A stretch of 64,000 nucleotides of DNA, taken from Girardia tigrina (Eukaryota). The notes beneath the pieces were generated by a model, which saw only the letters and a program-made list of their open reading frames with translations, was not told the DNA's origin and searched no databases. Shown here one piece after another: positions 25,330-36,640 of the stretch. The position numbers were made by a program, and so were the translations under genes. Within the stretch, counting starts at the first letter, position 1. Each line of letters starts with the position of its first letter. The stretch covers positions 9,981 through 73,980 of the forward strand of contig MQRK01231274.1 in assembly GCA_001938485.1 (NCBI GenBank). Reading direction: 5' to 3'.

Positions 25330-27045
25330 AAACTCTTAATTGGTTGCTGCTGCTCATACAATTTAGTGAATACTACATCAGCCCCCTTTTTGAGATGCGG
25401 TGACATCATGGTTATACGCTGTAGGCTTAATAGGAATGGCAAAAGAGGTATCAGATATTTGAACCCAAGGTGCGAATGTGACACTGCGTTTCGCTATATG
25501 ATTGACAGGAATGTCGCAGTTGTCATCATCAACGCCGTAACGGAAGTGGAAGATGCAAGTGGGGACGATTTCCAATTTGGATTTGTCGCACCTCCACTCG
25601 CAGCCTGGCTGATACTTGTGTGAGTCTTTACCAAATTTCTTGTGGAACCAGCACACCTTGCTGTTTGCGCTTTGTGATCGGTTCCGTCCTGGCGATTTAT
25701 TTCTGCTCGATGATCTGGCTTTATGATTGCTGGTGGATCCGTTCTTCTCGATGTTTTCGAGCCGCGTCTGCAAACTGGATAGTATTAACGTAATACTCGC
25801 AATCTGCGTGAGCATGTCTGCATTTTGTGTTTCAGGTGCGCGTACTGTGACAGAGCTCGGAACAGGCTGGGTGCTGACCTGAAAACAACTGCTCTCATTC
25901 GATTACTGAGTAAGCCAGATGTTGTCGGCTACGAGTGCCAGAGTCGGAAACTCCTGATTTTCCATGCCAGCCAAGATAGCTTGAGTAATTGGTGGCAATG
26001 ATTTGAGGAAAAATGTCGACAGGATTTTGTTCGTGGGGTCCTGTGCTAATCCAGATTGGATCTTCTCCAATTCATTGGTGACCCGATTCAGGAACTTAGA
26101 TGACTTATTTGGACCGAGGACTTGCGTCTTGAACTACGCCGCAAATGTGTCCTCGAAAGACGGCTCATGGGCGGCCAGAATGATCCGGCGAAGTTTTTCA
26201 TATGGCTTCTGATGCTGGTACAAATGATCGGTGTGCCTGTGCCCCACTTGCATTAGTTACGCCGGTAAGATCACCAGAGTATTGAGGAAGAGAGTTGACT
26301 GTGCAGTGATGCGCTGCATTTTGAACCGCATGTCGACCACACTCAACCATTCCTTCGGTGATCCATCACTGTCACTGAAATACGCCGGTGGGGAATATTC
26401 GCAGTGATCGCACTGATACTCGGCTCTGAATCGTCGACGGGAGGTGGATATATCCCTGTATTCGATCCCCGCGAAGATTCATGTGCACGATGACACATGC
26501 ATGATCTCCTACCCTTTAAACACAAAACTATTTGGGGCGTTGATCCGTTTTGGGTGTTGTAGTCACCGAGACATCTCCGGTCCTCTAACTGCTTCCTCCG
26601 AAGATGAGTCGTTGTTGGCTTGGTGGAATGCCTTCTTTGATCTGGATCTTCGCCTTGACGTCCACGATTGAATTGTCAGGATCCACATATAGCGTGATCG
26701 CCTTCCCCGATAGTGTTCTGATAAAGAACTTCCGGATATGGCCGGACTCTGATCCGTGCTCTGAGTGTATGTTGTTTGAAATTCGACTTTCATTTTTATT
26801 TTTATTTTGGAATTTTGAATATGTGAACCCGACAAACAGACTCCCGCCAAACAATTTCCAGCCAGACTCACATACATATGCAACATTTAACGAACCTTGC
26901 GGGGTGAGTCGCTCCCGGGTGCTGGGTCCATTCTTTGAACGGGCGACCCGTCACTCAACACTCGCAAAGATTATTTATACAACTGTGATGCAAGAGCGTG
27001 TGCAGCGCGGCTGCAGCACCCTGTAGTCGGGGGAATAAAAAACTA
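25330..27045 (-). mobile_element. pol-less Gypsy-type LTR element encoding a decayed ubiquitin-Gag fusion
   Basis: On the minus strand: LTR end ...GACTACA at 27022, PBS-like GGTGCTG, ubiquitin domain 26734-26508, then Gag (PKEWL...F...IT, PYEKLR, VLGPNKSS, FLKSLP...QAILA, LVADNI, knuckle CWFHKKFG...GC). PPT AAAAAGGGGG follows, then the 3' LTR start TGTAGT at 25377. Confidence 0.85.
26508..26734 (-). pseudogene. Diverged ubiquitin domain (76 codons, one 1-nt deletion)
   Basis: [76 protein letters not shown]; 47/76 identical to ubiquitin by manual alignment. Confidence 0.93.
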
Positions 27046-27052
27046 TCTAACT

Positions 27053-27720
27053 CTATAAATTTTCTAGAGCTGCTGATGATCGATCCACGGCTCCTTCACA
27101 TTCACAATAGACCCATATTTCATTGGGAATTCCATTTTGCATCCGCCATACTGGAGCTTTTTCTATATTTTCGATAGCTTTAATAGATGTTTGAAGCATT
27201 TCCGTATTAACTTTAAGCATTGATCTATTTAAAGAGCGCATCATTAATAAAGTAGAAAATCCTTCCGCTAATCCATGAGAATTTATCCGCTCATTAAATT
27301 GGTTGGCACTAATCATCCAATCAACTAAATTTAATATCATTCTTGAAAAATAGCAGCTGGCCACAGAAATTCTAATCAGTCCCGAAGGAGTTTGTACAGA
27401 CTCACTAATTGCCGCAAAAACAAAAAAAACGTCTGTCTGTTTTCAAAATGTGATTCGATAGTAAGCAAATGAGTGATCAAAAGATCGATCCAAAATGTAA
27501 AAAGCTGTTTAGGTAGATCAAACAATGACCATAATACAGACGGTACTTCTATCCATCCTGCAGCATGATGGTTGAAATTTATAACAACAAATAGATCTGC
27601 TAGAATATCTGAGACTACTTTTGGTAAAACTACGCAAACACTGACTATTTTGTACAGTTCGTCATAAATTTTTTCGTACAGTGAGTGAATTAAAAGGAAT
27701 AAAATATTTAATATCACTTC
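27053..27720 (-). pseudogene. Unidentified helical-protein coding fragment with a probable frameshift
   Basis: Adjacent ORFs 27376-27774 and 27053-27364; possible TTTAG acceptor near 27721. Confidence 0.3.
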
Positions 27721-28934
27721 ACTAAATTTACAATGATCAATGTATAAGTAATATGTTAAAGCGAAGATAAACATTTGAAACTTCTAATTAATCAACATAA
27801 AAACAGAATGTTTATATAATGTGTCAAATTATTTCGTAGACACAAAATATTGAAATTAAGAGGCACTGTAAAATTAATATTTGATTCGATCTGTTCTACT
27901 ACAGATTACGACTGCAGAGTTTCATTATAGGTAATGCTTTGTTTTTCATTATTTCAATATATTTTTCAGAATTTAGTCGTCCTTTAATAAATTCATATGA
28001 CATCAGACCGTTTGATAACACCATAGCCCAAATCATTAATCCAGGAGATTTCAAAATTTTTTTAATTCACCTCGGACTGCTTCCAATGGTCTTCCAACAA
28101 TAAAAAGAGTCCCAACAATTTGTTGGGACCAGTGAGTTTTTCCTTCACATTAGCCTCGGGCCTATTCATTGCACCGGCACCGAGGCAGGCGAAGGAAAAA
28201 CTCCCTAAATCTAACAAACGAAAAATAAAATATTATAATGATAATTTATAATTAATTAATTAAAAAATAGAAACTTTTAATTGGTTTTGACCCTTGGATC
28301 CTGTCGATTTGAATATTTTCTTGTGAGAATTTGATGGCCTGATTTGCTGACGTGGGTTTGATCGGAATTTTGGTCATCTCCGGGTTGTTTCTATCTGAGG
28401 ACTGTTGACTTAGTGATGGATGATTGAAGGTTGACTGTGAGAATTGTCTGCTTGCTGGTTCTGTGAGTTTTTGTGACAAAAGATTGATATAAATTCATCT
28501 GAATTTGTGCACTTGATCAGACTTTTTTTCTTTGAATAAATTTTATTTAAAGTACCCTTGTTTTGTACTTAGGTAATTTTTGGATTTTATTTCCTTTTTT
28601 TGAAGTTGATGGAGGTTGGGGAGCATCCTCAAGGCTGCCGATCTGTCGATAGATAACAGTAGGGGCTTATAGTTCCTGCCGAGACTATTGACGATCAGGT
28701 AGGGAATATGAACAGGTTGTGAGGTAATTTGATGGCTGCCGATCCGTTAATATATTAACGACAGGTGCTTATAGTGCCTGCCGAGACTATTGACGATCTG
28801 GAAGTTTGAGAAAGTCCTTGCCAAGTTTCATTTCTAGAAGAGAATTCGTTTCTCTCAGCCTCCATCAATTATTTTTTTTGCTTGTTTTCTTTTTAATTTT
28901 TTTATTTGTAATCTACTCATCGTCCATATTTAGC

Positions 28935-29519
28935 ATGAATAGAAAATATAACGAAAGCAAAGAGCAACAAAGAGAACTACTGTTGGAGTTGCAGAAATGG
29001 AAAGGAGAATGTGCCAAGCTGAATGACGAATTGGCGAAGAGGACAACCGAATTTGAGGACTACAGAAATCATTCGGTTCCTCTATCAATTCATAAACCGG
29101 TTGTGGACAAATATTTGTTAGGACAACAAAAAATAAAGGCCTTGCAAAACGAGGTCACCGAGATGAGAATTCAGCAAAATATGTCCAACTACTACAAGAA
29201 GGTGATCGAAAAGGTCTCAGAAGAGCAACCGGAAATAATTCTAGTAACAGCAAGCAAGATTCGATCAAATACGGAAAAGAAACCTCTGATGACGAATCCA
29301 AACATTTATGGGTCAATTATGAAAGAGGATATGGCATCATCTTCCTCTGGGGTGCTCAGCAGATCTCAGAAGCGACGGGAACAGAGGAAGCGAAAGGCTC
29401 AAATGTTTCAACAGGCCAAGAATAAGCTGCAAGCTGTTTTTAAAACCAGTCGTATTGAGGTTGACGTCCAAGATGGAAAGACGGTAATCAGAAATGATAC
29501 CAGTCAAAGAGAGTTCTGA
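28935..29519 (+). CDS. Orphan 194-aa coiled-coil protein with an Arg-rich motif (SRSQKRREQRKRK)
   Basis: Uninterrupted ORF; the ATG sits directly after a polypyrimidine tract and TTTAG|C acceptor. Confidence 0.7.
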   Translation: MNRKYNESKEQQRELLLELQKWKGECAKLNDELAKRTTEFEDYRNHSVPLSIHKPVVDKYLLGQQKIKALQNEVTEMRIQQNMSNYYKKVIEKVSEEQPEIILVTASKIRSNTEKKPLMTNPNIYGSIMKEDMASSSSGVLSRSQKRREQRKRKAQMFQQAKNKLQAVFKTSRIEVDVQDGKTVIRNDTSQREF

Positions 29520-29733
29520 TTTCGATACCTCGCATCAAATTTGTTGTTTTTTTCAAACAAATAATTTCCAAGAGACTATGGAACAACAAGAATGGCTGGA
29601 CTTTAAGTCAAAACTTAAATTCAGAAGGAGAATCGTGACCGCCTACAGTTCCGCTCTATCAAAACTGGTAAAGAGTTTGTCAATCTATCAGATTTGGATG
29701 ATTAGAGACGATGAGTGGATTGCCTTTGATTAG
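29494..29733 (+). CDS. Orphan 79-aa protein overlapping ORF1 by 26 nt
   Basis: Uninterrupted ORF followed by AATAAA at about 29755 and a T-rich downstream element. Confidence 0.5.
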   Translation: MIPVKESSDFDTSHQICCFFQTNNFQETMEQQEWLDFKSKLKFRRRIVTAYSSALSKLVKSLSIYQIWMIRDDEWIAFD

Positions 29734-31275
29734 CATTTTCTTTTGTTATATTTTAATAAAACAATGTCAGCGTATAATTTGTTCATGTTCTTTTAACTTT
29801 AATCTCTGATATGAAAATGATAAACTCATAATATAGTAATCAAATAAAAAAAGACATGTTGATGAAAACATAAGATAATCAGTAATTAAATAGAAGTAGC
29901 ATAAGCCAACTTTCATAGACTTAATATATTTAAATATTATGTAGAACCAAATAGGTACTTCATCAACTTCACTGGCGAGATCAAAGGGCCAGATGGGGTT
30001 GATGGGGTACGATATGGATCTCTAATAAGTGTTAGTTAGAGACACTTTTAGCGGAGAGACATATCTAAATAATATGTTGGGTCAAAATAAACTCAGATGC
30101 TAAAGCATACCATGAAACACATAAATTTAAATTAATAAAATTAAGATAATAGTATAAAATCCAGTACTAATAATATCACACCCAACAAATTTAAAGTGAA
30201 CATTTTCTCATCGGAAAATATGACATTAACCGAATTCATACTTGACAGAAGATGTTCTTTGGCAATGCTTTTTCTTAATGATTTCGTATTATGTGGCAAA
30301 TAAAACTTTCGTTTCACATTTTCATAACTATAATCTACAGACCTTAGGTATCTGCTAACTGTTGCTTTGGATGCTTTTAAGTGAAGCGTCTTAATTAAAT
30401 CCATTGATGAACACTTTTCATTTGCGTCAGTGTCTTTGAAGTTCGGTTATCATATGACGTCCATCATTTTTGGTAATTTTTGGTTTTGGTACTGACTTCT
30501 TCGGTTTGCCTTTATTTTTCACCATGTATTCTATAGTTGATTGTTGAATTTTATTTTTTTTGCTAATTTCTCTTAATGTCATACCCCTTTATCTGTTTTT
30601 TAAAATGCTGCATTTTTAGATTTCGTCATACTAAAAATGTTATAAAAAATTATTTATTTAACTTTAATAATAAAAATTCATACTATATTTTGATATTTTG
30701 TATATATAACTTAAAAAATTATAAATGTATGAAAAAATTTGTTACACTTATTTAAATTATTTGAAAATTTGAATATTGGTAACATTAAATAGTCAAAGTG
30801 ATGTATTTAAACAAATACATATTTTTAAAGGTTTTTATATTTAATGTTTGTTTGTTTAAAATTGGAGCGGTTGTTTGTTGAACGTACGAATATATAATCC
30901 CGATTAGAAAACTTGTCACTGCGAAGTTATAGGTGAAGATCTGTGCTTCGACTGGCAAATCGAGAACCAAGCAAAGACCAGGAAGATTAGCAATTCCATA
31001 AGGCAAGGCCAACACTTGTTTGGACATTAAATCAAAATATTGAACGAAGATCCACCACAGACAATATTTAAGAGGTAGAATTAGAACAATCGAGGCACTT
31101 TTGAATTGTGAATAAATTGGATAAAGTCAACCCAATAAATCTCCATCGGCTCACGTAAGATTGATTATCAAAATTAGAAAGAACTCACTTTGATGAAATT
31201 ATTTCGACATTCGAATTTGAAAAATTGTCAGCTTCGTTTAATCTTAGCAAAATTAAAAGATATTGGTTATATCCC

Positions 31276-32647
31276 TGTGAGGAATATTTGAATGTTTGAT
31301 GTTTTGTGTTTGAAGGTTTTTATATTTAATTGGTTTTTATTTAATTAATTAGTTTTTTATTTAAATGGCATATCCTGATTTTGCCAAAGACTTCATTCTT
31401 GATACAGATGCAAGTTTTGATACGATAGGGGCGGTGTTATCACAGAAAGACGAATGTGGACGAGAAAGGGTGATTGCGTATGGATCACATAAAATGAATA
31501 AACATGAACTAGGTTATTGCATTACAAGGAAAGAACTACTTGCAATTTATTATTTCACACTGCATTTTAAACATTTCTTGTATGGAAAAAGATTTTTGTT
31601 GCGAACAGATCATAAATCTATTACGTTTATGATGACTACAAAGAACCCTATCACACCACAGTTCCAAACATGGATAAATTTTCTGAGTAGTCTTAACATG
31701 AAAATGGAATATCGAAAAGGTGAAAAACATTCAAATGCTGATGCAATGTCAAGAAATTCGTGCGAACTATGCAATCAGTGTCAAACAATGCATGAAGAGA
31801 CCAAGAAAGGAAAGATTAAAACAAGAATACTGGCATTAAGTGAAGAATCAGATGGTTTTAAATGGCAGAAGAATAAGAATGAAATAAAACAAATAATCGA
31901 GGACATAAGTAAAGGTAAAACAAGAAAATGGGCATTAAAGAATGATATCGTCATAAATCAAGATAATAAGTACTGGATCCCAAAGGCAGAACGAGAAAAT
32001 TTTATTGAAGAAATGCACAAATTGTTGTGTCATGCAGGTTGTAAAAAGGTCTATAACTACCTCCGAGATGATTTTGACATGGAAAATATGAGAATTTATA
32101 AAAGACATAGTTCAAAGTTGCATAAATTTTAAATAAATTTTTTATTTTAAATTTGGTATGTTGAAATTGGTTTGTTGAATTTTGTATGCTAAGTTTAGTA
32201 TTTGGAAATGTGTTTCTCGCACCCAGATGGAAAATTGATATTTTGGATGTTCACGATCGATAATTATTCGAATATAATTTACATTTTAAAGTACAGCATA
32301 AGATATTTAAAAACACTAAAAATATTAAATCATTTCAAATTTTCATATTAAAATTTAAATAAAATAAATAGTTTTAACTAAGTTTTGAATTAAATAAATG
32401 TTCCTTTTTTCAATAAAATATTTTTTAAATAAAATTAATACTAAAATTACCAAATTTGAACTGTAAAAATAAAATCTGAAAATAATGAAAAATTTGTTTG
32501 AATAATTGTTTATTAACAAACATTAACAAAAAAGTTATCAATTTAGAACGATGTCGAATTACGAGATTTTTGCTGAGAATTGTCCAAAAGACAATTCTGA
32601 CTGTATTGAAAATAAAAGTTTGAAAACCCATGTTGGTGTTCTTAATA
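31276..32647 (+). mobile_element. Internally deleted Gypsy copy B (LTR stub, RNase H/integrase start, 3' LTR)
   Basis: LTR start TGTGAGGAATA; ORF 31365-32132 (LDTDASFDTIGAVLSQ, RKELLAI, RTDHK, NADAMSR, H....H.G); LTR about 32146-32647 ending GGTGTTCTTAATA. Confidence 0.92.
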
Positions 32648-34239
32648 CTGATTATTCAAAAATTTGAATAATGATTGTTTGATTTTTGAAAATTTAGACA
32701 AAAAAGATGGCGAATTTCAAAACCATTAAAAAAATTCGCGCCAAAATTCTTTACTTTAATTCGAATAAACAAATGAAAAAAATTCAATACAATTTTTTAA
32801 CATTCGATCGATTAATACTTCGGTCAATTAGAGCAGGTCATGACTCGAATCGTAAAAATTAATTAGTTTTTTTTGCATTTATTTGGCTCGATTGCTTTTT
32901 ATTTTTTTAATTTTTTTGAATAATAGTTTTATATTATATAGTGATATCAAACTGAGCATAGCACAGAACAATTCACCACATTTACACAATATATTCATTT
33001 CGAAAGATATTATCATAATCAAGAAAACGAGAATCAACAGAAAAGATTAAAATAGATTATAGTGAAATGGAATCACATTCAATGTAATTTGCAACACATT
33101 AAAGTTTCACATAAAAAAAATAAAAAGAACATAAAAAAAAGTTTCACATAAAATTGAGCGTTCTGAAACCGAGAATCTGAGACGGATTCGAGGATTTCTG
33201 AGCATTCTGCTATTCCCACGGATACTGAAATACTCGATTACTGATCTTGCGAACTTCGAATCATTTGTTTTTTCTTTAGCAGCTCTCGAACGTTTTAACA
33301 TTTGAAGATTACAATGGAGATGATGATTTTTCAATAGGAGAAATGCTCGATAATAAATTTTCAATATCGATCGAATTTGTCGGAGGTTTCAATTTTGGAT
33401 CATCTTGTTTTGTTAGTTTTCTTAATGTTCTTTCGGTAACTTTAGCCAGTTTCATATTTTCTTTGTCTTGTCGTTTCACTTTGACAATATTTGATGGAAA
33501 CGTTATGTTCGGTTTAGATGATATATCTTGATTTGAAAATTATTCGATGATATCAGATATACAACACTGGCAATAGCCGATGGCGTCAGAAGTATTTTGA
33601 CTAGAATTTCTCATTATCTCCAATATTATCCCAATACAATGCATTAATCACCCTCTTCAGGTCTTTCAGGGTGGAACAATCAAAATTTATCGTAAAACAT
33701 CCTTCCTCTTCTGATCATTTATGATCAGACAATCATTCATACGTCCCAACAAACAACAGCTCCAATTTTAAACAAACAAACATGCAACAAACAGTCAATT
33801 AAATTAACTTAAACACTCAAACAACAAACAAACAATTTCAATTTTAAATTTTTTATATCGATATTTCTGCATTAATTTTTTGATATATGTTACGAACAGC
33901 TTTCAGATATCTTTGCACTGTTCAAGTTGAACAATTTAAATAGCATTCTGCAATCAATTTGGACGAATTATTTTTTCGAAAATTTGACAGCAAATGTTGT
34001 GTTGTTCTATAATCTTCTAGAAATCTCTGAATATCTCAACCCTTCTGTTTTCCACTTCCTTGTCAAATGTCTTTCAAAATAACTTCTCATTTCTATCTAG
34101 AATTTAAGAATATATTTGTATATTTATTAATAATAACAATTAAATTGGATGAATCTTTAAATAATACAAAAATATCTTTCTGATTTAAAAAGTATGTCGA
34201 ATTTGAATTTAAACGTAAGTAATGTGTTTGCACAAATCC

Positions 34240-34900
34240 TCTGATCTTTTGATTTATGCACTTCCGTGGTGCTTCGATTCTGTGGTGGTAATTCATCACT
34301 AAGTCACAGGCGATTATTCTATTTCTATTTTAGGATCCATCGCTTGATTTAGCGTAAGTTTTAAATTACTTCTCTAATTTTTATTAATTCTTTTCAATTT
34401 TTTAGGAATAGCTTTCTTGGAGCTCGGATGTTCGGATGGATATTCAAGGCATGGATTTGGATGTATCTCGCTGAGGGTTCTTCAAAGAAGATCTGGTAAT
34501 CAATTTCGTCTATGGATATACGCAACATGTGCTTCTTTAATTTTTATATAAATATAATATGGTAATTTTAACATGCACGACGATAAGGATTCAAATCCTA
34601 CAGTGGCAGGGATTATCCCAACAATGGATGCCATCGGGATTCTCTCTTCGGATGTTTTTTTCAAGTTGTTTTATTAAAAGTATATTTTATTAAACGGAGT
34701 TCATTTTATGCATTCATTATTATTTGTTGCATATATAATAGGTTTTGGATTGTGATTGGAGAATTAAATTCAATTTTGTTCGAACTCTCAACTCAGACCG
34801 CAACATAACTGTTCAAAATTACTATATGTACACTCGATTCTCTTTTTACATGGAAGATGCATTTTTCAGAAATTCGTGAACATGTTGGTGTATGGAGGTG
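34240..34900 (+). pseudogene. Possible multi-exon host gene fragment, unidentified
   Basis: Short GT-AG introns allow one frame LIYALPWCFDSVV|DPSLDLA|NSFLGARMFGW...|GRDYPNNGCHRD...|VLDCDWRIK; start and end are unresolved. Confidence 0.3.
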
Positions 34901-35929
34901 ATTTATAAAAATATAAAAATGAAACGTAAAAGACTGAGATTTTTATAAAAATATTTATTATTTTTATAAAAATATTTACATCAATAATTTTAATAAAAGC
35001 TTAACCCTAGAATGATTTTAGAATTTTGTTAAAGTGAGAAGATAATTCTCTTAGTCAATTTATTTTAGGATATATAAAAATATAATTACTAAAATATATA
35101 ATTATATAGTTGCTTAGTACTTTTAATAATAATATTAGAGCACTCCCATGCTTCTGATTTCTCTGATTATTCCTCCTTTTCTCAGATAAGCTTTCTTGCT
35201 TTTATACTGATCAAAACGATTATAAATTTAATCAACGGTCCGCTCTGTTTGAACAGCTAATCACAAATTTAAGCGGTTGATATTCCTGGTTTAATAATCA
35301 ATCTGCTGTTTGTTCCAGGCAATCAGTAAATGTATAATCTTTTGTAGTTTATTCCCCTTGACCTTTTAAAATAAAATAAATTTTTTGTTTACCCTTCTTT
35401 TAAAAACTCTTCTTTTTATACTCTTCTTTTTAATATAATTCTCTTTTATTTATTTTTTAAAATAAAATACTTTTCTTTTCAAGATAAACATTCCTCTATT
35501 TTATCGATTTTGTTTATTTTCTAATAAAATTTTAATTCAGTTATTTATATATAATTTATATTTAATATAGTACATTGATAAATAACTTCTTATTATATCT
35601 ATTAATTAAAACAAAATTTATTTGTAATACTTTTATTATTTATAATCTCAACATATAAAACAATGCAAAAATAGTCAACACATAGTAAATATGAAGATAT
35701 ATTCCCATTTTCAAAAGAAATTTGTAAGACCTAAAAAAACTTTAAAAGAAGAAAATATGAAATCAAAGAATCATTTATTAATATCATTTACTATCATTAC
35801 TATCACTATTACTATCATTATTTACTATCATTTTCTGTTTGAAAAGGTCGTGAAAACGAGTTGCAAAAAAGGTAAAAATAAATAGGGTTTGTTTGTCTGT
35901 TCATGATTTGATTATTGCAGAACGAATGA

Positions 35930-36640
35930 AACTAATTCTTTCAGTTATTGCTGGAATTGTAATAAAGCTAAATGCCCTAGAACAGTCCAATGCTGTTAAT
36001 TACGTTTTTCCTCCTACGTTGTTCTAAGATCTGGCAAATAATCAAGCTCAATTGCTTATGGTCTGGAATATGAGAATTTACTTCAAATTCCTGAATTCAA
36101 TAGCATCACAAAATTTAAGACTGTGTTAAGTCAATTATTGTCACCATTGTTGAGGGAGACCCTGATGAAAATCAAAGGTACCAAAATGTCATTGGTGTAT
36201 CAGTTCACCATTTTTTGCAGCATGACTTGGATGTAATGTATGTGGCAACAAATGCATCACGTGTAAGTGCATTTAGCAGAGTGGAACGCGGAATGGCACT
36301 GCTGTTAAAAGAGCTTGCTAGTATAATATTACCACTTGATCACTTTTGAACTAATCTGGATTCCAAAGGTCGCACTATTGACTTAGACTTGGAGAAATTA
36401 AACTTTGAGAATCCAGGGAAAATGCTTTTAGAAATCTGGTCTAATATATTATTTTATGGATACCCAAATGTGTCAGAGTATATTCAATTTAATGTGTCTA
36501 AATTGAAAACCAATGACTTGATCAACAAGTCATCTAATTGTTTCGCTAAGCATGTTCGTACAAGCCAATATTTTATACAAATCATGAAATGTACAGAAGA
36601 TAATTGTTTCTTAAAATTTAGAAGTGATTATATTGTTTAC
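35930..36640 (+). mobile_element. Second Zator transposase remnant
   Basis: EGDPDENQRY...VATNA...SAFSRVERGMA...LPLDHF*TNLDSKGRT...HVRTSQY, paralogous to 18050-18520. Confidence 0.8.

Larger units (their letters stand above)
28121..30187 (+). mobile_element. 2067-bp integrase-type insertion (giant solo LTR or non-autonomous element) carrying two ORFs
   Basis: TGTTGGG...CCCAACA termini and AATT TSD (28117-28120 and 30188-30191). Confidence 0.85.
27860..30630 (-). mobile_element. Decayed Tc1/IS630-like transposase split by a 2067-bp insertion
   Basis: HTH region and VIFSDEKMFTLN (30190-30404) rejoin in frame to CWDSFYCW...SPGLMIWAM...GRLNSEKYIEIM (28116-27930) once the insert and one TSD copy are removed. 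Confidence 0.85.

Noticed and set aside
26508-26734. Functional host ubiquitin or NEDD8 gene
   Set aside because: No Met1, frameshifted, far too diverged, and embedded between LTR signals and Gag.
28125-28205. HDV-like ribozyme (GGCGAA followed by a stem)
   Set aside because: No P1/P3/P1.1 pseudoknot can be drawn; a simple long hairpin explains the pairing.
28633-28800. CRISPR-like repeat-spacer array
   Set aside because: Only two units of about 65 nt, eukaryotic context, no cas genes.
28806-28934. Hydrophobic N-terminal extension (signal/TM) of the 237-aa ORF
   Set aside because: It starts at TTG and is the translation of a T-rich polypyrimidine tract ending in an AG acceptor; ATG 28935 is preferred.
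9361-31365. RNase H ORF at 31365 as the continuation of Gypsy copy A across 22 kb
   Set aside because: The two overlap (both contain DFAKDF.LDTD), and copy B has its own LTR start at 31276.
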